A DNA stretch of 57,525 bases, the filler included, from Porpidia crustulata (taxonomy: Eukaryota), in the NCBI GenBank assembly GCA_964255105.1. It is 6 parts of 6 records of this genome, joined end to end, with 100 filler letters (N's around TTAATTAATTAA, not from the genome) between each part and the next. Parts side by side here need not be neighbours in the genome. Positions count along the whole stretch, not along the records: positions 1 to 9,518 come from CAXUWE010000934.1; positions 9,619 to 19,132 come from CAXUWE010000935.1; 4 more parts are not named here. One strand, given 5' to 3'. Below are positions 1 through 13,627 of this stretch, one piece after another. Numbering within the stretch: the stretch's first letter is position 1; every line of letters starts with the position of its first letter. The translations under genes and the position numbers were made by a program. The notes under the pieces are model-generated. The model searched no databases, had not been told where the DNA came from, and was given only the letters and a program-made list of their open reading frames with translations.

Positions 1-3000
1 TCTTTCGAGGACGTCAGGGTATTTGCTCATGGGACGGTCTTCGCTGGTTGGTAGGGCGTGGAAGCCCGGCTCGCTACGTTTCGCGCGGATTTCGGCGGCG
101 TGCACGGCGACCTTTTGTCGGGCCGCGAAGACTGGGTCCGGAGATGGGGAAGGAGAGTGGTGGGGGGATGTGGTCCGCACGGTTGGGTAACGCTGGGCCA
201 TTCTTTCTTCGTAGACCCGGCTGACGGCTTCTTTGAGGAATGTGGAGCGCGAGGAGCCATGTGTGGGTGGGGTCCAAGCTGTGTAGCCGCGGGATCGGGC
301 GTGGGCGAAGGTGGCTGCTGTTGGAGAAGTGGGAGAGGTTACATCGAGGATTGTTGGAGGCGCAAGGGTGAGGAGGTGATAGGTCCATTCCTCTGTTGAA
401 TGATGTTAGTTGTGACTTTAGATGGGAAATGGGAGGGAACTAACCTAGGACTACGTCTTCATGATCAACATCACCGTCGGTGATGTCTGCTTTCTCGAAG
501 ACACCAAAGTCGCGAGCTTCCTGGCGTTTACCTTGGAAGCCACGCACTAGGACACCGAGACATGTCCATATCTCTGTCATGTCGTAGAGATCCTCGGCCG
601 TGAGTCCACCCATATTGCCCTCGCCGAACCCAGCTGGTGGGAAGCTTAGATCCGCTTCGGAATTCTTCCTTTGTTGTTTCGCCAATGCGCCACCTCTTAG
701 CCAATCCATTTGACTGACGATATCATCTTCCTTGTTTGTGCCGCAGCCAAATACCTGACAGAACGTCCAGACACGCCAAAAAGCATCATCGATTTGAGAA
801 GCGCGGTCGGTTTCACCTCCAGCAAGGGCGGTGATTGTGTCGGCGCGAAGAAAAGATTCGCAGTGTATGAGGATCATCGACTTGAGCGCAATCATCGTGT
901 ACATGTCCCTCATGTAGTGTTGGAGGTAGAGAGTCGGGGTGTATTGTCGGTCGGCTGTCTCGGACGGAGGGCTCATTTCGCGAAGCTCCCAAGCAGCTGG
1001 AGACATGCCAAACAGGGCATTCTTCATCAAAGGAAGCTCATGTCGCTTGAATGTGCGGTAAAATCCTCGGCTAACCGTAGCAGTAGCGAAAAGATCTTGC
1101 AGATTGTCCAGATTTTGTAGAATCCGAAGGAGCACTTGCTCCGCAGCGTCGGCAGATATTTGACGTTCGGCTTCTTCCTGCTCGGCAGTGTAAGCTAAGA
1201 TCTTGCGCTCTACCTCTTCAGCAGACATGGACGAGTATAGTGTCGGTATGGGCGAGGGCAGACTCGCGTAGATGTCTGGAATCTCGGATACGGCAATAGA
1301 ACCCAGAGAACGCGGTCGGGTTTTCTCAATACGCAAACCCAGGCCAGTATGCTCAAGCGGATGAACGCTACTCTCATCTTTGAGCTCGACAGGCGCTGCA
1401 TGGACTTGGAAGAATTGGTCTTCGAGAACCGGACTCAGGTGGATTGTAAGCTCGGCTTGCTCCTCACGCACTTCATCCTTGTCGACTTCAGAGCTGGTGC
1501 CATGAGAGGCGTATGCAGGCGTGTGAGTCCCACTTTGCTCCTGGATTGGCAGCCTTACCGAAGACTCGGAGCTTTGTCGTGTTCGTTCGCGGAAAGCCAC
1601 AAAAGTTGCCGAGGTGTCGTTCTTGGGGCTCAACAACTCCAGCCTCGCACGCACCTCCTCAAAGGCAGCGTCTGGTATCGAGGACAAGTCGCTATCTGGA
1701 GTTTGAGATTCCTCTCGCGACATATTAGATGTGGAGGAGTAAGTCTTGGGGGAGTCGCTTGAGCTCCAATGAGATTCGGCGCTACCCTCCCGCTCCATCA
1801 AGGTCGAAGCGCTTTCCTTGCCAAGGATTCTATGCGCTTTTACACTTGATCCGACAACAGACGCAGATACTCGGCGCACTAGAAGATTGTCAAGGTTATT
1901 TCCCATACTTGCCCGCATTTGCAGTGCGACATGGTTTGATGGTCGCTTTGAATTGCGTTTCCGACTACTGTCGCAGCCTCCTTCACTCGACAAGTGAGAC
2001 GACGGTGGAGACGGAGCTTTTCTCGAAGGCTCCATGTGCATAGGCCCGCGACTGATTTGAAGAGGATCGTGCATGAGAGGGACCATGTCTGAATCAAGGG
2101 TGGCGTCTTCACTGATTGTTCCAAGCTGTGCTTCGAGAGCAAGTTGGGCTTGACTTAACGTTGGCGTGAGATGTAGGGAGTAGGATGGTGATTCCGGTTT
2201 CGAAGGGCTGGTCTTTCTGAAAGCATCATCCAATGCATCCAAGTCCGCCGGGGTATACTTTGACCGTAACGAAGACACTCGTGAAACTCGTCGGGATGGA
2301 AAATCGGCGTAAGACTGTCTAGATACATTGAGGGGAGCTGGTACTTTGCGGCCGGTTCGATAACTACTTGTCCGCGAAGCCGGTCGACTGCCAAATGTTA
2401 GCGGTGCAACCTCGTCCACACCTGGCGCTGGTGGTAGTGGCTTATTCCGGTTGACTTTGTCGGCCAGGGAATAATTGCTTTTCGTGATCCTTAATTTCGG
2501 AGGAAAGTTCGCCGTGACCGGCCGACTATCGAAAACACCCGCCGCCGCAGGCGATACAATCGAGAACGCGAGACTTCCCCTCCACAATTCTGATTCTTTC
2601 ACCAAGGGTTCGTCGGAATGCAAGCTTGACATTGATGATCGTGCGCTGTAGTTGGATGACCGATCATCATGTTCACCAGTATCGTCAGACGTATCCGAAA
2701 CAGCAGAGCGTGACATTGGTGGAGCGCTCTTCGGCATATCCAGGGACATGTCCTCCAGCGAAAGCAGTGAGAAGGGCCGGCGTGGCTTTGGCATCTCTAC
2801 GACAGATAGTGGCGAAACGATGGATAGACGCGCAGGTGCGACTTCGACTGACTGCCTCTGCCGCGAGGTAGGTGATGGAGGTGAGATTCCACCGGGTAAG
2901 TCAAGACTCTTACAGGGCACCTTCTCCTTATTACTCATGTGGGCTATGTGAGTGTGTGATTCCATTCGCTTTCCAGGAATGGTAAGATGTATCTTCGGCC

Positions 3001-3487
3001 GCCGGTCTTTGGCAGCAACGTGAGTGGGACGCTCGTCCCTAGCATCATGATCCCAGCCCTGTTTGACGTCTTCAACGCAAGATTGGGTCGGCGATCCCCT
3101 GTCATCGCTGAGAAGCCGCCGCTGTTGGCTGGCGGACAGACCAAAAGCTTGTCCGAGGTATTCGTTGTATCCGACTTGACGGTGGGAACCATTCTGGTGG
3201 GGTTCTTCCAATCTCTTAATCTCCACTCGCGATCTCTCATGTCCTGTGCCCAGACCTGAGGGCGATACCAAGCTATATCTCAACTGCCGTGGCTGGTTCT
3301 GTGGTGCACATCGTTCCCTCAAAGCCAAAGCTTCTGCAACATCGATGTGTCTTGGTTTTCTCTTTGACACCATAGCTCCCGATACCAACCCTTGCTGAAG
3401 CGGTGCCATGACCTCGTTGTCTCTTCTGTTGTGACGAAGACTCTTCATTTTCCTAGATATTTTGGATGTACTAGCAGAGTACCCCAT
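1..3487 (-). CDS. Large Ser/Pro-rich fungal protein with C-terminal F-box-like domain (3' end runs off the contig)
   Basis: ORF 440..3619 (likely start MGYSAST at 3487; an upstream ATG at 3619 is possible). F-box-like segment LLRILQNLDNLQDLFATATVSRGFYRTF. A 52-nt intron at 393-444 (GTTAGT..CTAAC..CAG) continues the frame into EEWTYHLLTLAPP..., which stays open to position 1. Confidence 0.75.
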
Positions 3488-6400
3488 GCCACATAATGTA
3501 GGAGTTGGGAAATGTGTCTTGTTGGTCACGTTGTTGGAGGCGGCGTTTCTTTTCTTGTTGAAGCTGCGGTCAATCCTGAGGGAGGGAGCCGTGATGATAG
3601 CATCACCTGGTAGTGCCATGGGGGCGAAGTGATTATTATTACCCTAGATGAAATTGGATGTTTCTAAGTTCCGGCACAGCCATCAGCACAACAGCTCAGG
3701 CACCCCACGAGAACGGCATTGAAATTGAACACTCACATAAAATGCATAAGTTCCGGATCAATTGAGATTGGACTTCTTGCCCATGAATTCGCACGTCAGG
3801 TCAGGCGATCCACTGAGGCGGCCTAGAACGGTGAAGTTGAGTCAATTCTAGTACCCGTTAACGTCGATGATACGGCTGATATCAGCAATTTTCCAGCCTC
3901 AACATCAGATGCTCGACTGAAGACGATGGATATGGAGGAATGGCAGGACGTAGTTCCTAAGGTACATTCTAAAAGCGCCTGTAGATATTGCGCGATGCTC
4001 TGATATTAGAGCACAGGCAGATCTGGCTTTCCGCCGTTTCTGCCTCTGAGGATCTGCGCATCGTGAAATTCTGAAACAACCCGAACGTGCAGGCCATGCT
4101 GCTTGCCGAGTTGTAGTGCGATTGCCTACTAGGCCTGTGGGGGGTGCTCTTCGCTAGCACAAGGTGTTCAGTCATCCATCTGGAGGGGTGGGTGGGTGTC
4201 AGGTGTGAGCCAAAAGTGGTCTTTGCGGCGTGGCTTGGACGAATGTTTGAGGCCCCCATTGATGGGTGGAACGAGTAACATTGCGCTACCTCGCTAAAGT
4301 ACGTACTTGGGTAGATTACACCCTATTCTCTGAGCATCAACCCCAACTAAATCCGACAATTAAGTATTAATACGCGGCACGACTCACCGTCGTAGGACTA
4401 GTTGGCGGATCATCAGATGGTCAAACCAACTGTTTCCCCTGCAAGTACCAAGGCAGTACCGCCAACACCAAAAGGTACTTGGGTGCTTGTGCGCTTTTGC
4501 TCACTTTCCTGCTCTTTTCATTGCGCTGCGCTTTTCTGTGGTCGCCTTTTCGTGCCAGGTGGAGGCGGAGCGGCAAGCGGGTGTGTTTGGTGCGAATTGC
4601 GAACAGTTTTGCCTGCTATCCATGTCTACCGTACCACTCAATTCTGCGCTTGGCTTTGGAGTCACGGCCTCCATGCGACAGAAACTTTCGCAATAGCAAT
4701 TCTTCCATAAAAGCATCGGGTCTATCGAACTGCACTGTTACCATCAGGTTCTTGGCCAATGTTCAAGCCAAGTGCCTAGGACTAGTTTTGGCCCGCTTTG
4801 ATGGCGATCAATGCTCAGTGCGGTTTACATCACTCGATGGATTTCCGGTAAAGTTTACCCAAATTATCATTGATGCGCGAAACAGACGATGTAACAAGCG
4901 AACGCTACGATCTTAAGGTAGGTAATTAGGTAGTTGACTGGGTATGGCTTCGTGGCGTGTTGGTAGGTAGCTCCTACAAGCGTTCAACATGCTGATGAGG
5001 ATCAGTCCACGGAGTATTTCTGTGATTTATATCCAATGACAATCCGTTTATGTCAACTTCTCGCTGATTTTTATTCGAGCTCCACGTGGTACATGAACAG
5101 TAACCCCCACGACTCAAATTTCTACGTCATCTCCAAGACAGCCGTCACCGTAATACCTTTCCTGCGACAGAGAAACAGAGGAGCGCATCAAACACAGCGC
5201 AATCATTTGGTATCCCTTGTGCATCCTTGGTCATTAGGACATTGAAATGGAATGGAAGGATTCCTGGTTGAAACATTGTTTGACACATAGGTTTGGAATT
5301 GAAACGTTGCTATTGTTGTGCTTCCACCACCAAATCCCACGTCTCCGCCTTCTTGCTCCCACCAATTCATTGGCCAACTCCGACATGGAATATCCTCCGA
5401 CTGAATAACTGAATAACGTCCCATCAGGCTGACTTAGAACGATCGTTCTTTCTGAAATGTATATTGACCGGTGCCAATAACGTTTATCTCCACCAACTCA
5501 GCCCGTGGCCAGCTGCTGGGAGAGCCCAGTGGCAATCCAACTCCTTGATTGAAGCTGGCACGCTAGGTACCTAAAGTCCTTCTACCGCTCTCCAGTCTCC
5601 ATCTTCATCTGTTACTTCACATGTGTCTTCTTCCTTTTTGCTCCATGTCATTGCCCCTTGTGTCCAACACCAACTGGCACAGCATGTTGGTCATGGATAA
5701 GCCATCAGCTTCTCTGCCTTCTCCTCGTCATTTCTTGATTGTCGTGCTACGAACAATCTGATACTCTCCCAGCTGACTGACACTCCGTCATGCGCAAACG
5801 AACCGTCAAATCGACCTCCTTTGCGTGCTTGCACATTTAACATTTCTTCGGAGCTCGAAGCCTCGAGACTACGACAACGTACTGATGCTAGGTAAATGCA
5901 CGTACCTGAATTAAGGCACGAATGTCCGTGATTACATTATCTTACACCACCACATTCTCGTTTTGGATCAGACTAAATAGTGGCCTCGTGATGGTTTCAG
6001 AATAACAGGGCGATAGTATGAAGAGCCGTCAACCACCTTCGGGTACAACATGCCACGTATATCTTGGTACAGTAGGAGTACAGGATTCCAGAATCCAATG
6101 TTACTATTTCTGACGGTTGCCAATTGCTTGACTGAGAACGCAATTCGTACGACTTTCTAATGGCCATTCTTATGTGCGACTTTGCAGAGACGAGAACCAT
6201 CAATATGTCAACTCCTAAAGACTGTTTCTTTCATCTTCAGTAGTGTATTGGTGTGCTAATGAAGGCTCAATCTTCTAGGCTAGGGCAAGAAACGCCGACC
6301 GAGGGGACCAATTGTTGAAGTATGGCCCCCACCACCAATGCGTGAGATTCGACGTGCCGTCTGGGTTCCGTAGCTCATGCAGGAACACCCTCGTGGTTGC

Positions 6401-7849
6401 AACCACCTGGAATTGAAGAAGAGAGCAGGCACAAGACTTTTCCTTGGTCGAGGCGCACCAAGACTCCATTCAACCTCGCGAAGTTTCAACGTTGCCATCA
6501 AGGCCAACGCATGTCACAAACAAGACTTATTAAATCAAGGCTGAGAGGCAAGTAGCTGTCATCTTGATCGCCTGGAAATTCCCAGTTGTCGATAGTGATG
6601 ATAGTAAATTTATTCTGAAACTCGCATCGTCTCCAGCAGCCTGGCTCCAACCCACCACCCCAGATTAAACAGTAGTCATAGCGAATGTCGCCGCCGAAGA
6701 GAGTCCTCGTTAAGCGATGGTTTTGAAGTTTAGAAGCGAGGCATCGCAATTTACGCGAGCAACGACAGCGACCCCATCCGATTCGCGATAAGCTGTAGCC
6801 TGTAGGTAATATTACCTTATTCATACGCTCTGATGCGCAGTACGGAATACTATCTTGAATTCCCTCACTCCATATTTATATTTGGTAATTGATGAAGCAA
6901 TCAGCAGCGGACGCCCTAGATACTCGTTCCACCCTCCGCTCAAACTGGTGTTATTGACCCTAACCCTAGGCCAGCTGACCCGCTGAGGGATGAAAACGAG
7001 TACTGGCACCATCTCAGATGTGAGGTTTGATCAAACTCCCTTGGTCAGTTCTATTAGGCTTGCGTAAAGTAGCTTGTAGCACCTTACAAACATCTCTAGG
7101 GACGAAGTAGAAAGCACCGAACTAACGATTGGCTACTCCATGTACTCGCATCCACGGCCACGCTGGTTTTGAATTGATCATGTAACCCTAACCCTTGGCA
7201 TGGTGGCCGAACTGGCAGTGGAGACGAGTAAGCCTCCAGCGACAAAGAAAAAAGTGGTTTGAAGTCTTGGAGATGCTTCAACTCAACCTTCGTACTGCGT
7301 CATTGAGATCGTCTATACCATTTATTACTACCATTATTTATCTCAAACTTCTTGACCCCTCCCAATCTACCCACAACACTCTCTTGATAACATATATCAA
7401 AAATCACCAAGATATTCGCCTCTGAAGTTGCTCTAGTAATACTGCTTGGTTCCACAAAGATTGCAAACGGCAACGTTGTCCAGGGCAGCGCTGATAACTC
7501 GATTGCGATTCTTCTCTAGTGCTGCTGTACCTCAGATTTGTCGAGCATCAATGTAATAAAGCATGATTTCTCCAGTATTCAGACTCGTGGTATCGACTTT
7601 GTAATTAAAACATATTTCCGTTTGCGGATCGCTCTCATCAGACATATTGTTAAGAAAGAAAACCTGTTCATTATTGAAAAACATGGCTCTCACAACATCG
7701 CACAACAGTAACGTCTTCATGGTAAGACGTACTTGCATTTCTTGGATGAGGAATACTACATTCCGAGTGAGTGCTTTGCGACATCATATTCTAGCAAGTT
7801 TAGCGGTGCTTTCAGTTGCGTCTCGAGCAGCCCTTGGTCATCCTTTACA

Positions 7850-9094
7850 ATGGCCAGGCCCAACTCACCCCGTGAACCAATGCTGGCAACTTTGCAGCGC
7901 GATTCAGAAAAAAATCCCCAGTCAGCGTTGGAAGGGCTTTTCAACCCAGGAGCCGCCTTTGGAGATGCGGTACGTCTGTGCCCGAGGAGAGCCTGTTGCT
8001 ATGGGTTTGTGGATAGTCTCTTTCAACCGGTTTCTGGAGTTAAATGCTCTTACTGGTTGATGAGCCACGAACCTATCCTACCTTTCAATGCTAATATAAA
8101 AACCTAGAGATATTCGATTCTTCGTGAATTTTCCAATAGTGAAATCGACGCCTTGAGACTTACTAGCTCCAGAATGAACAATTCCCTCAACCTTCGGAAC
8201 CCTATGGGTGGACTTACTTTCCAAACTCTTTTAGCGGACGTCTGTCATAGAATGGATCCGTATACGCACGACTTGGCTTGTAGAAACCGTCCCAAAAACC
8301 AGATAGAAATACGTTATTGCCAACGCGCGACACATGCAGACCCCGATAGAAACTCAAAAAATTGGGCCTTCAACTGGGGATGGCCGGTCTGTGATGCACA
8401 TCGACGAGGTGTACTATTATGCGGCATTTGCAAGGCACAAGATAACATCGAGGGGTTTGTGTGGAGCCACATCGAATGCTACGTCGATGGCTCTCAAAAC
8501 AACCCCATCATACCCCACAGACCGACACAACACGCTTACAACATCCGGCGGGAACCCCTCGATCCAGACCCATGGTTCGGAACGTTGGCAGAAATTTGTG
8601 ACCCATGTGCAACAAGACAGGAGCGCCAGCATCCTAGGGGACATAATTTCTGTGTCTGCAAAGCGGAGCAACAACGCCGCTGGCTTTGCTTGCCTTGCGC
8701 ATACGATTCTTGCAGAGAAATGTTCTACGAGCAAAATGCGCGCAGGCAGCTACTTCGCCGGGTTCACTGTGTGAAGGGAGAAGTGAGATACGATCGTCCG
8801 ACGCCTCGGTTGCATAAATATTGCCCAGCTTGTGGTAAAAACAAAGCTCGTGAAGTTCGCCGAAAGGGGCCTCAGAATACCAAAATCTGCCTTTTGTGCC
8901 GTAATTTAAAGGTTCAGAACACCGTACAGTTTGGCCCTGAACTACCCCCTACGCCCGAGCCATCCGCGCGGTTAAAGCGGGAAAGCCCAACAGATGTGGA
9001 CTTGGTAAATCTTTCCACCATTGATGGCGGTCAAGCGCAGGAAGCGGACGGAAGACCAAGAAGATCAGAAAGACGCAGAGTGATGAAACGTTGA
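7850..9094 (+). CDS. F-box-like protein with Cys-rich (putative Zn-binding) C-terminal region
   Basis: Exon 1 7850-7969 (MARPNS...SALEGLFNPGAAFGDA), phase-0 intron 7970-8107 (GTACGT..GCTAAT..TAG), in frame with ORF 8153..9094. The junction reads LEGLF..DARYSILREFSNSEIDALRLTSSRM (F-box-like). Motifs CGIC, CDPC, CVC, CLPC, CPAC and CLLC follow. Confidence 0.6.
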
Positions 9095-9518
9095 GCTCGG
9101 GTGGATTGATTCTCGATCTTTCTAGCGTCTGCTGTTCTTGGATAGTTTCGAAAATCCGAGGTTTTCTTTCAATGGTATCTCTACTATTCAGAAATACGGA
9201 TTTTGATATATCGAGACGACGAATAGCGAGATGTAGGATCAAGTTGAATTGAAAATCGTTCCAAATCCATCGAAGATTCAATATCCACCGTCACACAATT
9301 TCTTATTCAGATATCGCGCGTGAATTTCTCAGCAATCGTATAATTTCTTGCGAATTTTGAAGTTTACAATATTCGTTCATGAATGAAGTACGATAACTAT
9401 CGATACACTCTTTTTCGTCGACTTCGCTGAAGAAAAGCAGATAATAGAGAGATGGGAGAGAGAGGGTGAGATTAAGAAATGTAGGAAAAGGTTAGAGGAT
9501 TGTGGGAAGGGGGAGGAG

Positions 9519-9618
9519 NNNNNNNNNNNNNNNNNNNNNNNNNNNNNNNNNNNNNNNNNNNNTTAATTAATTAANNNNNNNNNNNNNNNNNNNNNNNNNN
9601 NNNNNNNNNNNNNNNNNN
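9519..9618. other. Artificial contig linker N44-TTAATTAATTAA-N44
   Basis: 100-nt spacer with stop codons in all six frames; five identical copies in the window. Confidence 0.99.
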
Positions 9619-9952
9619 CGTTCGACTAATAGAATTCGATGATAAGCTCATTATATCAGATTTATGATGATAGCTTCATGTAAATAGCTATTTAATGTTT
9701 TGGTGAGGCCTGGGTAGGGCTGACTCCACTGACTTATAGCACCCCCCGTGAATCCTCCAAACCAGAACTTCAACGCACCCATAACCATGCCAAATAGTTT
9801 TCCACCTTTTTAACCCGTTGGTATTTTCTCCACTTCACCTGGCTACTATAAGTCCAGACCAGACCTCCAAATGGTCTCAGCCAGAGAATATTACTTTTTA
9901 GTCGATTTCTGCTCTCCGCGGCACGCATCAGGAAAGGCAAGAAGACCAAGTG

Positions 9953-11067
9953 TCAGATTTCCTCTTCTGCATCACTAGACTTTCCGGGGACATCTGTCGA
10001 ATCGAACATGTCCGCTGGGAATGAGACGCTTGAAACGCTTGAGACGTCGGACGAAGTATCTTCCATTTCAGAATCTACCGACATCTCTCTGAGACCTGGC
10101 ATTTCATCTTCGCGTTCACTGTCATCATCGGTATCAGTAGTACCGTCTTCCTCGTCAATATCTTCCTCTGTAGAGTGCCCCTCCGCACGGCTATCTTCCG
10201 TATCCTCATCTTCGTCTTCATCCAAGTCATGATCTTCTCCCATACGATCATACAGGGAAGCATCATACTTTAAGCCCCCGATTACTGTGTTTTCCTCTGC
10301 TACATTCAGGTCCCCTAAAACCGTAACCTTGAACCCTTCCTTCTTTCGTAAATCCTTGAGAGCCTTGATCACATGTCCTACCATCCTACAACACCCTTGT
10401 GGGCAAAAGGCTTGGTCAATATTCAACTGCAACTTCTTCAGCCCACGCATGTCGCAAATAACTTCTGCCGCCTGTTCCCACACAGTACTGCTCAAAGACT
10501 TGACATATGTGTGAATCTGTTGAGACTTTCTTCGTGTAGACATGATTCTAAAGCTATCGTCATCCCAAAAGTCCCGAACACGCGAAGCATGTGGGCCGCG
10601 TTCAAGCATTTCAGGAACGAATTTAAAGCTCAGGGAACGGATTTGATGACGAGTTGAAAATAGCTTGTCTTCAGGAGGATGAGAAAACATGCAGATGTGG
10701 TCCGAGAACGCACAAAAACGCATAAAGGTATATCCTGTCTCGAGATGGAATGTTACGTTGCCATAGAGAAGCGGCGTGGCTTCGGTGTTGATCTGGCGGT
10801 TGACTAACAGGAGAGCTACCGAAGGAGCCACACGTTTGCTTTTGGGGCAGTCACAACCACAAGGCATGTAGTCGTAGGGGTAGACGTTTTCGTCTTCCAA
10901 TAAACACATCTCGTAAATACGATTTCTGAGTTCGCCAGGTATGGCGAGGAGGGTTTTGGATCCGGTTTTAGGAAAAGACATAACGGCGTCATCCCACTCG
11001 GAGATTCTGAAGCTGTTAGCAGAGCTCACGATATAGTATATGGGCCAGATGCATACTGTTCTACCAT
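9953..11067 (-). CDS. F-box-like fungal protein with CPxGCCR motif and acidic C-terminal tail
   Basis: ATG 11067 (MVEQ); 50-nt intron 11007-11056 (GTATGC..GCTAAC..CAG) joins in frame to ORF 9953..11029. Motifs LLAIPGELRNRIYEMCL and LLLVNRQINTEATPLLYGN are typical of the large Pezizomycotina F-box-like family. D/E-rich tail. Confidence 0.7.
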
Positions 11068-12223
11068 GTTGACTCCCAATGTGGTACCTGCGTGAACCTT
11101 TATTTGGAGAGGACCCGTCGCTGGTAGCGAGTGCAGGACTGGGCAGAGTAATAGAAGCGGAGTCTTCTGAATAGAGATATCAAGAAGTTTTGCCTTTGCT
11201 AATTGTAAATAAGAGGAAAATCCAGAGACCAATGTGTTATTGGATGAAGCGGGCAAGTTGTGATGTCCAAGGCGTGAATTGGAACACTCTTCACATCTTA
11301 TTGAACATTTCCACGCCCATTGACTGTCTGTGTTGATAGTAGAGAAAGAAGGGAACGCTTTGCAAAGTTCTAATCAATAAAAACCACCGCAGCTGCAGCA
11401 AGGCTTATTGCCTCCGATTGACAAGACAGGAACGCGGTTTATTCTTCTTCTTGGGTTGACTCTAATGCTCCTTGTATGTTGCCCAGTCACGAAAGGATTT
11501 GAAGGATACTGGTAATACAGCAAAAGTCTAAGACAGGTAAAGCGTAGGAAGGTGTTGTGGTGTTATGAAGCCGTGGTTGTAAGCTTGGCAGTCATCGTTG
11601 CTACCATTGTTGTTGGAAGGATCTTTCCGTTAAATAGACACACCATCACTCACTAGCAATACGTAGACGTTTTGTAACATTGGCATTGATTTCTAGGAGG
11701 CTTCATTTATAATCCTGCTACGATGCCATCTATTCAATCTACCTAGCCGAATAATAGACTTCCCCTAAACTTTGCATTGCTTTCACACCACAGCATATTG
11801 GACTCAATATCTACCGAGTCATGATAGACTTTCTCGAGCTCTGCGTTGGTGAATGGTCTACCTTCTGCTCTATGAGTGGACAATGTCTAGGAGTAAAAAA
11901 GACATCATCCCCCTTGTATTTAGATCCTCTGCACTTATCGGCAGGGGTCGACAGATGTCCGATGTGAACCCGAAGCCACCATTCAAGTGCATACTAGCTT
12001 AACCCTGCTCACGGTCAGGCAATGGGGGCAACGATGCAATGTTCGCCTTCCCTTCGCCTGCCTAGCATAGGTACTACAGCCCGTTGACTGTTGAAAAATC
12101 TGCTGTCCCATTGCTCCGAGCAGCTGGACAGAAGGTAGAGATAGCGTATAGCATGCATCGCGACTGACGGCTTTCACCGGCATTGCCGTATACTTCGTAG
12201 CCTTTGGATAAGAGCAACACATG

Positions 12224-13200
12224 TCACCGTTTGGAATTCACTTCTTCGTTCACAACTTCCGGTTGGCGCTTTTCTTGTCTTTCAAGTTCCTCTGCCTCTA
12301 GAGACTTCTCTACTTGCCCGACAGCTCGCTCTATTTCCACTGCCAACTCCGGTATTTCAAGTGACTCCGCGATAAGCCTCCCGCTAGATTTCGAGAGAAG
12401 TATGCGCTCCAGAGAGTCGTCATCAGGTTTGCTATGGATGTTGTCATCGTGTTGCTCGAGAATTTGGCTTTCAAGGTTTGGTTTCGTTATGGATGTAGTA
12501 CTAATCCCTGTAGAATATACCGAGTTCAGTATTGTTGATGGTGACAGCTTCATCAATCGATTGCTGAGCAGATATTTTATGTGTCTCGATCCAGATCGGG
12601 CTTGTCAACTTTAGCAACCTGCCTAACCCTTCACACATCAGACACTAACCTCGCCAATGCGACCAGGCGCGGAAACAGAGATAGAAAAACGGTAAATTAG
12701 GTATTCTAGACTCTTGATCAGAAATCTTAGTAGATATAAATCATCCTCAAGAGTTCTTACACGGGTAATAACGCAACAGGTGCTGAAATAGGCATCCCTA
12801 TAATACTCCCCCATAGCCATTTTGTGTGTATAGCCTGCCTCTCCTTACCCCCATATTCTTGTAAAACCTTCAATACCGACTCTTGACTATACAGACTCTC
12901 TGGGTACTGTACTGTCACCTCCTCCTTCCTTTCCAATTCCTCGGCTTTCCCCCTTTTACTCAATGGCGGCACACTTTTCAATCCCCACTCTTGATACGGT
13001 ATACGTTCGAAGAGTTTGTTGCCGTAGGCTGTTACTTTCTTTTGCCAACCCTTTTCGTGTTTCTCCCACTTGAGCCAAGTCGAAGAGGCTTTGTTGATGG
13101 CCCTATCTAAGTATGTTATCTCATTGGATAGCTGCTTATTAAGTCGTTGACAATATATCAAGCTTCGTCTTGTAGAAATTGGCAAAAGATATAAGCGCAT
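12224..13200 (-). CDS. Mitochondrial K+/H+ exchange-related protein (Mit_KHE1 family)
   Basis: MRLYLLPISTRRSLIYC...WQKKVTAYGNKLFERIPYQEWGLKSVPP. Two GT-AG introns join the exons IPNLPFFYLCFRAWSHWR and ARSGSRHIKYLL to ORF 12224..12556. Confidence 0.85.
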
Positions 13201-13627
13201 CGCAGATCTAGGAGAGCTCCTATACAAGGAAAGAAGTAGTTGCTATGTACAACAATACTTGGATGTCCTCAACCGCGGAAACCAGGAATGCGCGATGAAG
13301 TGCAAATGACGCGAATTGTCCTGATGCAAGTTAATTCTCTGGCCAATCGGAGGACTGACCGCAGATATGACTAAGCGTAGCCAAGTTTATATGGGCATCG
13401 CTGAAGCTACTTGATCTCACCTCTCCAGGCTCCTTACTTTGACTCATTCTAATGTCATTCTTACCAAAACAGCAACTTAATAGTATGCTAACGAAGACAA
13501 AATGCCGCATTCCTCACATTTTCGCGGACTGAGTGAGCTTGATTGACTAGGAGGATTGCGGGTTGCCAGTAATCCCCATCAAGTTGCAGGTGATTGCAAA
13601 TAGAAAGATTCGAGGCCTGTGCTACCC

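Noticed and set aside
9664..9723. ATGATGA...CTGA resembling a C/D box snoRNA
   Set aside because: No terminal stem and no recognisable rRNA-complementary guide.
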